DNA from: an uncultured delta proteobacterium
GTDB taxonomy: Bacteria; Desulfobacterota; Syntrophia; Syntrophales; UBA2192
Length of the DNA: 27,603 nucleotides
Direction: 5' to 3'
NCBI GenBank assembly: GCA_963705165.1
Contig: CAVPJD010000001.1
Location: forward strand, 1-27,603
The translations under genes were made by a program, and so were the position numbers. Each line of letters starts with the position of its first letter. The stretch's first letter is position 1. Positions 1 through 8,167 of the stretch are shown here, piece after piece. Below the pieces are notes generated by a model that was not told where the DNA came from, searched no databases, and was given only the letters and a program-made list of their open reading frames with translations.

Positions 1-366
1 GACGGTGGCGCAGTCGCCGCATCCCGTGCACTTCTCGAGATCGACGTACCGGGGCGCCTTCTTGAGTTTGACGGTGAATCGCCCGGCATCGCCTTCGACG
101 GATTCCACCGTCCGGCGCGTCAGGATCTCCACGTTGGGGTGCCTTCCCACCTCGACGAGCTTGGGCGAGAGGATACAGGCCGAGCAGTCGTTGGTGGGGA
201 ACGTCTTGTCGAGCTGGGCCATGACCCCGCCGATGCTGATCCCGTTCTCGACCATGTAGACCTTCATCCCGGAATTCGCAAGGTCCAGGGCGGCCTGGAT
301 GCCGGCGATGCCGGAACCCACCACCATGACGGCACCAACTTTTCCATTCTTCTTATTTTCTGACAC
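1..366 (-). CDS. hdrA: Heterodisulfide reductase subunit A-like FAD/Fe-S protein, 5' part (runs off window)
   Basis: Not in the ORF track. Manual translation from GTG at 366 (RBS GAGGTG at 372-377) gives ...GAVMVVGSGIAGIQAALDLA...GGVMAQLDKTFPTNDCSACILSPKLVEVGRHPN...PRYVDLEKCTGCGDC: Rossmann motif, the HdrA KTFPTxDCS motif and the start of a ferredoxin-type CxxCxxC. Confidence 0.9.
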   Translation of the reverse strand, partial: MSENKKNGKVGAVMVVGSGIAGIQAALDLANSGMKVYMVENGISIGGVMAQLDKTFPTNDCSACILSPKLVEVGRHPNVEILTRRTVESVEGDAGRFTVKLKKAPRYVDLEKCTGCGDCATV

Positions 367-786
367 GTTAACACCTCGGTCTTTGAGTCGAAATTGAACC
401 TTTTTTTTCACAGAGCGACGCACGAAGAACCGCAAGCTCCGTAACAAAATTCGCCTATGCTGTCAAGGTGAATTCATTGAAAAAACCCAAAATGTTCATC
501 CCGTCGTCACACCGGCTGCGCGGAGCTCCAGCAGTTTCGGCAGCAGGCGAAAAAGCCCTGCCCTCTCTTTTTGATAAGTATTCGGATTCATTGTTTAATC
601 ATCTGATCTTCCGCGGGCTCGTCCGCCAACATGCCGCAAAGAAACACAGGCAGCATGCAGAAAAAAACCGCATGTCCCGTCTGTGCTCGTAATATAGTCA
701 TTTCGTTTCAGGGATTCAATAAAAGGAAGGGGCAAAATGACTCCGATACCCCAGCGTCCAGGCGGGTCGGCAGGCCGTCTGCGACT

Positions 787-1389
787 TCAGGCCTGCTCTT
801 CCTTCCGAAGGAGAACCTGTTGGATTGCCTTCCACGTTTCCCCTTTTCCCTCGCCGGTCTGGGCCGAAAAAAGGATCGGGGCTTCGTCTCCCTCAAGGCC
901 CAGGGAGGCCGCGATCTGCCTGCGCCGTCTCATGGCCTCCCCCCGGGAGATCTTGTCCGACTTTGTCAGGACAATCAGATGGTTGCGCCCATAGTGACGG
1001 AGCCATTCGATCAGGTCGCGATCCTGCTGCGTGGGGTCGTGACGGACATCGAGGATGGAAACCACCAGGCGGAGGGTCAATCGCTCGCGCAGATAGGTCT
1101 CGATCATGGGCCCCCACTTTTCCTGTTCGGCCCTGGAGACTTTGGCAAAGCCATAGCCCGGCAGATCGACGAAAGAAAGCTTTTCGTTGACGGTGAAGAA
1201 ATTGATGAGCCTGGTTTTCCCGGGGGTCGCGCTGGTCTGGGCGAGCTTCTTCCGGCCCAGCAGCGTGTTGATCAGGGAGGATTTCCCCACGTTGGAGCGC
1301 CCGGTGAAGGCAATCTCGGGCATGCCCGCCTTCGGGTACTGATCGGGCTTTACGGCGCTCTTGATGAATTCGGCAGATGTGATTTTCAT
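787..1389 (-). CDS. engB: Ribosome biogenesis GTPase YihA/YsxC (EngB)
   Basis: G1 GRSNVGKSS, ATPGKT, VDLPGYG and TKSDK motifs; 200 aa. Confidence 0.95.
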   Translation of the reverse strand: MKITSAEFIKSAVKPDQYPKAGMPEIAFTGRSNVGKSSLINTLLGRKKLAQTSATPGKTRLINFFTVNEKLSFVDLPGYGFAKVSRAEQEKWGPMIETYLRERLTLRLVVSILDVRHDPTQQDRDLIEWLRHYGRNHLIVLTKSDKISRGEAMRRRRQIAASLGLEGDEAPILFSAQTGEGKGETWKAIQQVLLRKEEQA

Positions 1390-1394
1390 GGATT

Positions 1395-1480
1395 GGCCCA
1401 GGGCTTCGGGCTAAGGGCTAAGGGCAAAATCCATGTCTTTTCCATTCCTGGCCTTTTGCCCTACGCCTTATGCCTGAGCC
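1395..1480. repeat. Intergenic heptamer tandem repeats in two inverted arms
   Basis: GGCCCAG GGCTTCG GGCTAAG GGCTAAG GGCAAAA (1395-1429), then CCTGGCC TTTTGCC CTACGCC TTATGCC TGAGCC (1447-1480). Confidence 0.7.
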
Positions 1481-1486
1481 ATTTTC

Positions 1487-2859
1487 TTATTCGAACGTGA
1501 TCCCGTACTTCTCCAGCTTGCGCTCCAGCGTGGGCCGGGAGATGCCGAGGGCCTCGCAGATTTCGCCCTTGTTGCGGCCGATCTTCGAAATGACGAGGCG
1601 GATGTGCTGCTCCTCGACCTCGTCGAGGGTGAGCAGCCTCCCCGAGGCATCCATGCCGGGTTTCGCAATGGCCCCCTCCTCTCCGGCGGCCTGGCCCCCC
1701 CCAGAAGATCGGGGAAGTCCACCTTCCCCAGGATCTGACCGTGGGCGATGACGGCGGCTCGCACCAGGAGGTTTTCCAGCTCCCGGATGTTGCCGGGCCA
1801 GCCGTATTGCCTGAAGACCTCCATCATTTCCTTGGAAACGCCGGCAATGTTCTTGTGAAGGTCCTTGTTGATCTTCCTGACCAGGAAGTCAACGAGGACG
1901 GGGATGTCCTCGTGCCGTTCCCTCAACGGAGGCAGGGTGATGGTCACGATGTTGAGGCGGTAGTAGAGATCGTCCCGGAACTTGCCTTCTTTCACCATGG
2001 CCTTGAGGTCGCGGTTCGTGGCGGCGATGATCCGCGCGCGGACCTTGACCCGCTCCTTTCCCCCGACCCTCTCGAACTCCATCTCCTGGAGGACCCGCAA
2101 AAGCTTTGCCTGGAGGTTGATGGACATCTCGCTGATCTCGTCGAGAAAGACCGTCCCCGTTCCGGCCAGCTCGAACTTGCCCAGTTTCCGGCCGATGGCG
2201 CCCGTGAAGGAGCCTTTCTCGTGCCCGAAGAGCTCCGACTCGAGGAGCGTCTCCACGATGGCGGAGCAGTTGACGGCGATGTAGGGCTCGTTCTTGGCCG
2301 TGTTGTTGTGGATGACCTTGGCGATGAGCTCCTTCCCCGTCCCGCTCTCCCCCTGGATCAGCACGGTGGTCCGGCTCTGCGAGACGACGCCGATCGTCTT
2401 GAAGATGTCCCGCATGGCCTTCGTGGAGCCGATGATGTCGCCCACCTTGTAATCGCGCGATTGCTCCGTGAGCAGGACGCCGATCTTTTTTTCCGTCTCC
2501 AGGGTCTTCAGGGCCTTCTGCAGCGAGACTTCGAGTTCGTCGATGTTGATCGGCTTGTGGATGTAGTCGTAGGCGCCAGCCTTCATGGCCCGGATCGTCG
2601 TGTCCATGTCGTGGAAGGCCGTGATCATGATGACCTTCACGTCCTCGTCGTCCTCCCGGAGCTCTTCGAGGACGGTGAACCCGTCGATGTCGGGCAGGCG
2701 GATGTCGAGGATGACCAGGTCGGGCTGGACCTGGACGAACTTGTTGAGGCCGTCGGTCCCCGTCACGGCGGTGTGACACTCGTAGCCCTCCTCCGAGAGA
2801 TAGAGGTCGAGCGATTCGCAGATGGAGCGGTCATCATCGATGACGAGTATTTTGGCCAT
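1487..2859 (-). CDS. Sigma54-dependent response regulator (REC + AAA+ + Fis HTH, NtrC/AtoC family), frameshifted at a G8 run before the HTH
   Basis: REC (ILVIDDD...LDIRLP...ITA...KP), GESGTGKE, ESELFGHEKGSFTGA and WPGNIRELEN. Likely start ATG 2859 with a purine-rich RBS at 2871-2880. The HTH (LLTLDEVEEQHIRLVISKIGRNKGEICEALGISRPTLERKLEKYGITFE*, stop 1487-1489) is in a different frame after C8 at 1695-1702. Confidence 0.9.
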
Positions 2860-2888
2860 GCCGAAGCGTTCCTCTCCTTCCCTCCGGA

Positions 2889-5414
2889 TCACTGGAGCGG
2901 CAGCGTGACGATCACGCGCGTCCCCTCACCCTTCCGGGAAAGGATCTCGATCGATCCCTGGTGCTGGTCAATGATCTTCTTGACCTGGGACAACCCAAGA
3001 CCCGTGCCGTACTTCTTCGTCGTGAAAAAGGGGTTGAAGATGTGCGGGAGGGCCTCCTCGCCGATCCCGCTGCCGCTGTCCGCAATCTCGACTACAGCCC
3101 GATTTTTCCCTGCCTCGAACTGCGTATGGATCGTCAGGGTGCCGCTCTCGGCCATCGCGTCGATGGCATTCAAGTAGAGGTTCAGGAAGGCCTGCTGGAG
3201 CATGGCCGCATCGAAGGGCACGAGCGGAATGCGGTCGTCGAACCGCATCTGCACCCGGATCTTCTTGTCCTCCACTTCGCGCTCCGCCATGGCGAGAGAA
3301 TATTCGACGAACATGTTCAAATCCGCCAGGTGCACCTCCGGGTCCGTCGGCCGCGCGAAAACGAGGATGTCGCTGACGAGTTTCTCAAGGCGCTCCACTT
3401 CCTTCTGTGCGATCTTGAAGCGCTTCAGGTCGTTGCCCGCGGGGTTCATTCTTTTTTCCAGGATCTGAAGACTCATCTTAATGGAGGAAAGGGGGTTTCG
3501 GACCTCGTGGGCGATGCCTGCAGAGAGCTGTCCCACGGCGGCAAGCTTCTGGCTTTCGTAGAACCGGTCCTCCAACTCCTTGAAGTCCGTGATGTCCCGC
3601 TGCAGGACGAGGATGCGGTCGGAACCCTTTATGGGCCGGGCCGTCATGAGGAGGTTGTGTTTCGTGCCGTCCTTGTCGACGACCTCGATCTCGAAGGGTT
3701 TGTGTTTTCCTTGCCGGATTTCTTCCCAGCGCGCCTTGAGGAATTCCCGTCTCTCCGGTGCGATGAATTCAGAGAAGTGCTTCCCTTTCAGTTTTTGGGC
3801 CGTGAGCCCGCGCTCCGGGTCGATGTCTCGGCTCATGTAGCGCAAGGTCCCGTCGGCATCCAGGACCAGGATCAAATCCGGCGAGGCGTCGAGAACGGAC
3901 TGATGGAAGTTGAAGAGCTCCTCCATGTTCTTCCGGAGATAGATGTTCTCTTCGAGCTCGTTTTTCATCGTCTCGGCGTATTCCTTCAGGCTCAGCTCCA
4001 TTTCGCGCTCGCGGGTCACGTCCTGGAGCGTCTCGATTGCCGCGAGGACCTCGCCCTTCTCGTCGAGGATGGGAGCCGCCAGGAAATAGAGATGGCGCCG
4101 CTTCCCTCCGAGGCTCTCGTAGAAGTCCGTCGCCTCGTAGGCCCCTTCGATGACCGAGGACTTCTGGACTTTTTTCTTCCCGTAGAATTTCTCCAGACCC
4201 TCGAGGTCGCCCTCCACGATGAGATCGGCAATGACGGGACGCTTTTCCTTGTAGAAAGGCATCCACTGGTTGTCCGTGCCGATCATCTTTTCGCCGGGAT
4301 ACCCGCTCATCTCGGTGAAGGCCCGGTTCCAGAGGATGACCCGGTGGTTGCGGTCGATGACGAAGGTCGGGATCGGGGAGCCCTCGCTGATCCCCTCGAT
4401 CGTATTTCTGAGCCGGATGTTGCCCTCGAGCTCCCGCTTGAGCGTTTCGGTCTGTTCCTTCAGCGATCGTTCCAGCTCCCGCTCGCGGGTCACGTCCTGC
4501 AGGGTTTCCACGGCCGCGATGACTTCGCCCTTCTCGTTGCGTATCGGGGCGGCCAGGAAATAGAGGTGACGGCTCCGGCCGCCGAGGTTCTCATAGAAGT
4601 CCGTCGCCTCATAGGCCCCCTCGATCACCACGGACTTCTGAACCTTCTTCTTCCCGTAGAATGCCTCCAGGCCTGAGGTGTCGCCGTCCACGATCAGATC
4701 GGCGATGACGGGGCGCTTCTCGGGGTAGAAGGGCATCCACTGCTTCTTCGTGCCGATCATCTTCTCGCCCGGGTACCCGCTCATCTCGGTGAAGGCCCGG
4801 TTCCAGAGGATGACCCGGTGGTCTTTGTCGATGACGAAGGTCGGGATCGGCGAGCCCTCGATGATCCCCTCGATCGTTTTGCGCAGACGGATGTTCTCGT
4901 CGAGCTCCTGGCGAAGCGTTTCGGCATTCTCCCGGAGGTAGCGCGCCAGCTCCCGCTCCCGGGTCACGTCCTGGAGCGTCTCGATGGCCGCGATGACTTC
5001 CCCGCTGTCGTCGTAGACCGGCGCCGCCAGAAAGTACAGATAGCGCGGCTTTCCACCCAGGCCTTCGAACAAATCCGTTGCTTCGTAGGCCCCCTCGATG
5101 ACGGACGATTTCTGGACCTGCTTTTTTCCGTAATATCTCTCCAGCCCCTCGATATCCTGATCCACGATGAGGTCGGCAATGAGGGGCCTCTTTTCCGGGT
5201 AGAGGGGCTTGTAGTGGTTGTCCGTGCCGATCATGTTGCGGGCATGATGGCCCGTCAGCTCCGCGCAGGCCTTGTTCCAGAGGATGATCTTGTGGTTTCG
5301 GTCGATGACAAAGGTGGGAATGGGAGAGCCTTCGAGGATGCTCTCGATGGAAAGACCCGTCCGGTTCTTCGCCGGACGGACGGCCTTCTTTTTATCGGTC
5401 CGGGACACCGTCAC
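2889..5414 (-). CDS. Soluble multi-PAS sensor histidine kinase (3 tandem near-identical PAS modules + 4th PAS + HisKA + HATPase)
   Basis: H-box GIAHEVRNPL, N-box NLYLNAIDA, DSGSGI, FNPFFTTK and GTGLGL. No obvious TM segment. Start placed at GTG 5414, which overlaps the TGA of the upstream small ORF; the track's 5726 start overlaps that ORF and is probably too long. Confidence 0.9.
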   Translation of the reverse strand: MTVSRTDKKKAVRPAKNRTGLSIESILEGSPIPTFVIDRNHKIILWNKACAELTGHHARNMIGTDNHYKPLYPEKRPLIADLIVDQDIEGLERYYGKKQVQKSSVIEGAYEATDLFEGLGGKPRYLYFLAAPVYDDSGEVIAAIETLQDVTRERELARYLRENAETLRQELDENIRLRKTIEGIIEGSPIPTFVIDKDHRVILWNRAFTEMSGYPGEKMIGTKKQWMPFYPEKRPVIADLIVDGDTSGLEAFYGKKKVQKSVVIEGAYEATDFYENLGGRSRHLYFLAAPIRNEKGEVIAAVETLQDVTRERELERSLKEQTETLKRELEGNIRLRNTIEGISEGSPIPTFVIDRNHRVILWNRAFTEMSGYPGEKMIGTDNQWMPFYKEKRPVIADLIVEGDLEGLEKFYGKKKVQKSSVIEGAYEATDFYESLGGKRRHLYFLAAPILDEKGEVLAAIETLQDVTREREMELSLKEYAETMKNELEENIYLRKNMEELFNFHQSVLDASPDLILVLDADGTLRYMSRDIDPERGLTAQKLKGKHFSEFIAPERREFLKARWEEIRQGKHKPFEIEVVDKDGTKHNLLMTARPIKGSDRILVLQRDITDFKELEDRFYESQKLAAVGQLSAGIAHEVRNPLSSIKMSLQILEKRMNPAGNDLKRFKIAQKEVERLEKLVSDILVFARPTDPEVHLADLNMFVEYSLAMAEREVEDKKIRVQMRFDDRIPLVPFDAAMLQQAFLNLYLNAIDAMAESGTLTIHTQFEAGKNRAVVEIADSGSGIGEEALPHIFNPFFTTKKYGTGLGLSQVKKIIDQHQGSIEILSRKGEGTRVIVTLPLQ
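4013..5345. repeat. Three internal tandem repeats of 474 nt (158 aa) within the kinase
   Basis: GGGTCACGTCCTG recurs at 4013, 4487 and 4961 (exact 474-nt period). The protein repeats EGSPIPTFVID...AAxETLQDVTRERE three times. Confidence 0.9.
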
Positions 5415-5596
5415 GATTCGTCTTCCTCTTGTGCTGCCTTTTTTCTCCTTTTTTCCTCGTACCAGCAGGCCACGTAAACGGCAATGGCCAATCCCAGCGA
5501 GATGATCAGTTTGATGAGGCCGCTTTCGATGCCGATGACTTTTTCGCAGACCAGCCAGGCAACGACATACGTAACAGCCGTCAGGATCTCCTGCAT
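5411..5596 (-). CDS. Small (61 aa) putative two-TM membrane protein, coupled to the kinase
   Basis: ATG 5596 preceded by GAGGGAGGG. MQEILTAVTYVVAWLVCEKVIGIESGLIKLIISLGLAIAVYVACWYEEKRRKKAAQEEDES has two hydrophobic stretches and a charged tail. GTGA overlap with the kinase start. Confidence 0.7.
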   Translation of the reverse strand: MQEILTAVTYVVAWLVCEKVIGIESGLIKLIISLGLAIAVYVACWYEEKRRKKAAQEEDES

Positions 5597-5749
5597 TGCA
5601 ACCCTCCCTCCCGAAGAAGACCGACCCGGCGAAAATGCCTTCACTCGCCCGGCGAATCCTTACGCTGGGCCTGCGATGCCGGATCGGCAATCGCCCGATA
5701 CTAGCCTCCCGGGCGAAATATTTCAATGAAAAATAAAAATGGCTGCAAC

Positions 5750-5835
5750 AGGCCCGAGGTCAGAGGATCAAGGACCAAGGATGAAACAACCTCGAACCTC
5801 GCTGACCTCGTAACCTCGAGCCTTATGCCTTATGC
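5750..5835. repeat. Intergenic heptamer repeats in inverted arms
   Basis: AGGCCCG AGGTCAG AGGATCA AGGACCA AGGATGA followed by ACCTCG-type units and GCCTTAT GCCTTAT. Confidence 0.6.
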
Positions 5836-5861
5836 GCGGCCGCTGAACATTCCACGATTCG

Positions 5862-5884
5862 TTCAATTTCGACGCGGAATTGAA
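5862..5884. promoter_or_regulatory. Candidate enhancer (inverted repeat) for a sigma54 activator
   Basis: TTCAATTTCG-ACG-CGGAATTGAA, 9/10 inverted repeat, about 110-130 bp upstream of the -24 element. Confidence 0.4.
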
Positions 5885-5953
5885 AGAAACGTTAAACGAC
5901 AGCTCGTCTTTCAGGGTTCCATTCGCTCCATCATGTTCGGATATCAGTCTTGA

Positions 5954-5966
5954 TTTCAACCTGTTA
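5954..5966 (+). promoter_or_regulatory. Candidate IHF site
   Basis: TTTCAACCTGTTA versus consensus WATCAANNNNTTR (one mismatch). It lies between the candidate enhancer and the sigma54 promoter. Confidence 0.35.
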
Positions 5967-5993
5967 AGGGAAAATGATCTTGAGTCGACCCCA

Positions 5994-6009
5994 TGGCATA
6001 TGGGTTGCA
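5994..6009 (+). promoter_or_regulatory. Sigma54 (-24/-12) promoter upstream of atpE
   Basis: TGGCATATGGGTTGCA fits TGGCAY-N5-TTGCW with correct GG/GC spacing. Confidence 0.75.
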
Positions 6010-6116
6010 AACCCTTTCGCCGTTTTGAGTAGATTTCCCTTTAACTCAAGGGCCGGTTGTGCTACTCAGGGGACAAAATTTATAGCATCAATATAAGATG
6101 AAAGGAGAAATAGGTT

Positions 6117-6482
6117 ATGTTCAAGAAGACGTTGTTAACCATTTGTTCAGCACTGTTCACCCTTCTGGTTTTCGCCCCGGCGGTGCTCGCGGCGGAGGCA
6201 CTTCCTTCCGGGGATGCCTATAACAAGGTGTTCTTTGCTGTCGGCGCGATGCTGGCCGCCGGTATCGGCGTGGGTCTGGGCGCCATCGGTGCGGGCGCGG
6301 GCATCGGCAACGCTGCCAACGGTGCATGTATGGCCGTCGGCCGCAACCCCGGCGTGCAGGGCAAGATCATGACGACCATGCTCGTCGGCATGGCCATGGC
6401 CGAGTCCTGCGTTATTTACGCGCTGGTTATCGGTCTTGTCATTCTCTATGCCAACCCCTACGCGGCGTTGATCCTCAAGTAA
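6117..6482 (+). CDS. atpE: ATP synthase F0 subunit c (orphan copy, N-terminal signal-like extension)
   Basis: Gly-rich inner helix GAIGAGAGIG, RNP loop and conserved carboxyl in AMAESCVIY; RBS AAGGAG. Confidence 0.93.
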   Translation: MFKKTLLTICSALFTLLVFAPAVLAAEALPSGDAYNKVFFAVGAMLAAGIGVGLGAIGAGAGIGNAANGACMAVGRNPGVQGKIMTTMLVGMAMAESCVIYALVIGLVILYANPYAALILK

Positions 6483-6523
6483 GATCCGCTCTGAAAAAAA
6501 ATACAGAATAGGGGGAAAAGAGT

Positions 6524-7840
6524 ATGGCAGAGACTAAGAAAGATAAGCAGTTATTCTCCATCGGAAGGATATTCTTCCTGCTTATCGTCATTCCCCTGTC
6601 TCTCATGGCTTTCCTGATTGCAAACGGCATTTTCAAAGTGGGGGATTCCGCAAGAGAGCGTGCGACCTCCGTTCTGGACCTGAAATCCCAGGAAGAGATC
6701 AAGATTCGGGCGATCAACACGGCGGAGGAAGTGGCCAATTTCCTCCGGGAGAGGGAGAACGACGTCCTCGTCGCTTCCATCCTCCCGGGTTCGGAGGCCG
6801 CCTTCAAGTCCTTTGTTGATCAGAAGAAGCGCAATCTCTGGGTCAGGGACAAGGACGGGAAGATTCAGAAAGTCGCAGCCCCTCTCTTCTCGGAAATGTC
6901 CCTCATCGACCGGTCGGGCAACGAGATCGTCCGGATCGTGAACGGAGCCGTGGCAGGGAAGAATCAGCTGAGAAACGTGGCGGACCCTGGCAATACGAGC
7001 TTCAAGTCCGAGGATTACTTCTCGAAGGCCATCGGGCTAGGCAAGGGTGATGTCCACGTCTCTCGCGTGACCGGCTGGTACGTGACGAGGCAGGATTTCG
7101 AAAAGGGGAAGAGGTTTGCCGGTGTCGTTCGTTTCGCCACCCCGATCTTCGACAAGGGTGGGCTTTCGGGCATCGTGGTGCTGAGCCTCGACTATCGGCA
7201 CCTGGCGGCCTTTACGGATCACATCGTACCGACGCAGGCGGAATATGTTTTTGAGGCCGATGCGTCAACGGGCAATTATGCCTACATGGTGGACAACAAG
7301 GGCTACATAACGTCTCACCCGCTCGATTTTCACATCGCAGGCCTGAGCCCGGACGGGTCGCCGGTTCCTCCGCTGACCAAGGAAACCGCCGAGGCCCTGA
7401 TGAAGGAAGGCAAGGAGGTCCTGAACCTCAACCTGCTCGGGTTCATGGATCCGGGCTTGCCTGAAGTGGCCAAGGAGGCTGCGGCGGGCAGGTCGGGCAT
7501 CAAGAACTACAAGTTCGCGGGCCGTGAGAAGTTCGTGGCCTTTGCCCCGATCAAGTACTTCGCCAAGGCATATCCAGAGCCCGCCGGTTTCGGCTGGATC
7601 GGGATGGGCGTCGACGTCGCGAAATTCCAGGAGATGGCGACGGCCACGGCGGAGAAGATCAACCAGGAAGTCAAGGGCTGGACTTCGACGATCATCATCA
7701 TCATCATCGCTGCCGTGATCCTGCTGTTCGGGATCTCGGCCCTGCTGGCCCGGGGCATCGGCCGCTCTCTCGAGGATGAAGTTCCTGCCGGAGCGGAAGG
7801 TGTGAAAGAAGACATTTATGACGACGAGGAAGACAAGTAA
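6524..7840 (+). CDS. Membrane protein with a large extracytoplasmic Cache-like sensor domain and no cytoplasmic output domain
   Basis: TM1 near the N-terminus; dCache-like motifs (RFATPIFDKGGLSGIVVLSLD, YAYMVDNKGYITSHP, KFVAFAPI, GWIGMG); TM2 STIIIIIIAAVILLFGISALLA; about 30-aa acidic tail, then stop. Confidence 0.75.
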   Translation: MAETKKDKQLFSIGRIFFLLIVIPLSLMAFLIANGIFKVGDSARERATSVLDLKSQEEIKIRAINTAEEVANFLRERENDVLVASILPGSEAAFKSFVDQKKRNLWVRDKDGKIQKVAAPLFSEMSLIDRSGNEIVRIVNGAVAGKNQLRNVADPGNTSFKSEDYFSKAIGLGKGDVHVSRVTGWYVTRQDFEKGKRFAGVVRFATPIFDKGGLSGIVVLSLDYRHLAAFTDHIVPTQAEYVFEADASTGNYAYMVDNKGYITSHPLDFHIAGLSPDGSPVPPLTKETAEALMKEGKEVLNLNLLGFMDPGLPEVAKEAAAGRSGIKNYKFAGREKFVAFAPIKYFAKAYPEPAGFGWIGMGVDVAKFQEMATATAEKINQEVKGWTSTIIIIIIAAVILLFGISALLARGIGRSLEDEVPAGAEGVKEDIYDDEEDK

Positions 7841-7867
7841 TCATCCTTGAACGATGGACCACAACAG

Positions 7868-7900
7868 GGGCCCGGATCGACGATCCGGGCCCTTTCTTTT
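7868..7900 (+). terminator. Rho-independent terminator
   Basis: GGGCCCGGATC-GAC-GATCCGGGCCC followed by TTTCTTTT. Confidence 0.85.
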
Positions 7901-7927
7901 CCCATACAAGCTCCTCTCCCTATGGCT

Positions 7928-7965
7928 CCCTCTCCCTTGAGGGGAGAGGACCGGGGTGAGGGTGA
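7928..7965 (+). repeat. REP-like element, copy 1
   Basis: CCCTCTCCCTTGAGGGGAGAGGACCGGGGTGAGGGTGA; shares GGAGAGG-NN-CGGGGTGAGGGTGA with 15907-15929. Confidence 0.6.
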
Positions 7966-8023
7966 ATCCTCCCCTCCTTGAAAAGGGACAGGGTTCGTAT
8001 GGAGCTGGAGAGCCGGAAAAATT

Positions 8024-8117
8024 AAAAATCCTCGCACCGAGGTCCGAGGATTTTAGAAACTTAAGGACGCGGTTTTATCTGTTATTATGCTCGCTTACCC
8101 CGCAGCAAGCTGCGGGG
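8024..8117. repeat. Two-hairpin intergenic element (possible MITE/REP remnant)
   Basis: AAAATCCTCG/CGAGGATTTT stem (8025-8054) and CCCCGCAGC-AA-GCTGCGGGG (8098-8117). Confidence 0.4.
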
Positions 8118-8139
8118 GATGCGCGTGCAATTGTTTTCA

Positions 8140-8167
8140 TTGACAAATTATCCGGTTATCTTATAAA
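8140..8167 (+). promoter_or_regulatory. Candidate sigma70 promoter for yqeY-dnaG-rpoD
   Basis: TTGACA (8140-8145), 16 nt, TATAAA (8162-8167). Confidence 0.45.

Noticed and set aside
367..786. Small gene or RNA in the hdrA-engB intergenic region
   Set aside because: The short ORFs lack convincing RBS or motifs, and no clear RNA structure was found.
1741..4676. Long plus-strand ORFs (478 aa, 571 aa) opposite the regulator and kinase
   Set aside because: Antisense shadows of GC-rich genes; no recognisable motifs.
4013..5345. Near-identical repeats as a possible DGR template/variable pair
   Set aside because: No reverse transcriptase in the window, the differences are not adenine-specific, and all copies are in-frame PAS domains.
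7691..7708. (ATC)6 trinucleotide run
   Set aside because: Encodes poly-Ile in a TM helix and stays in frame; no evidence of a switch.
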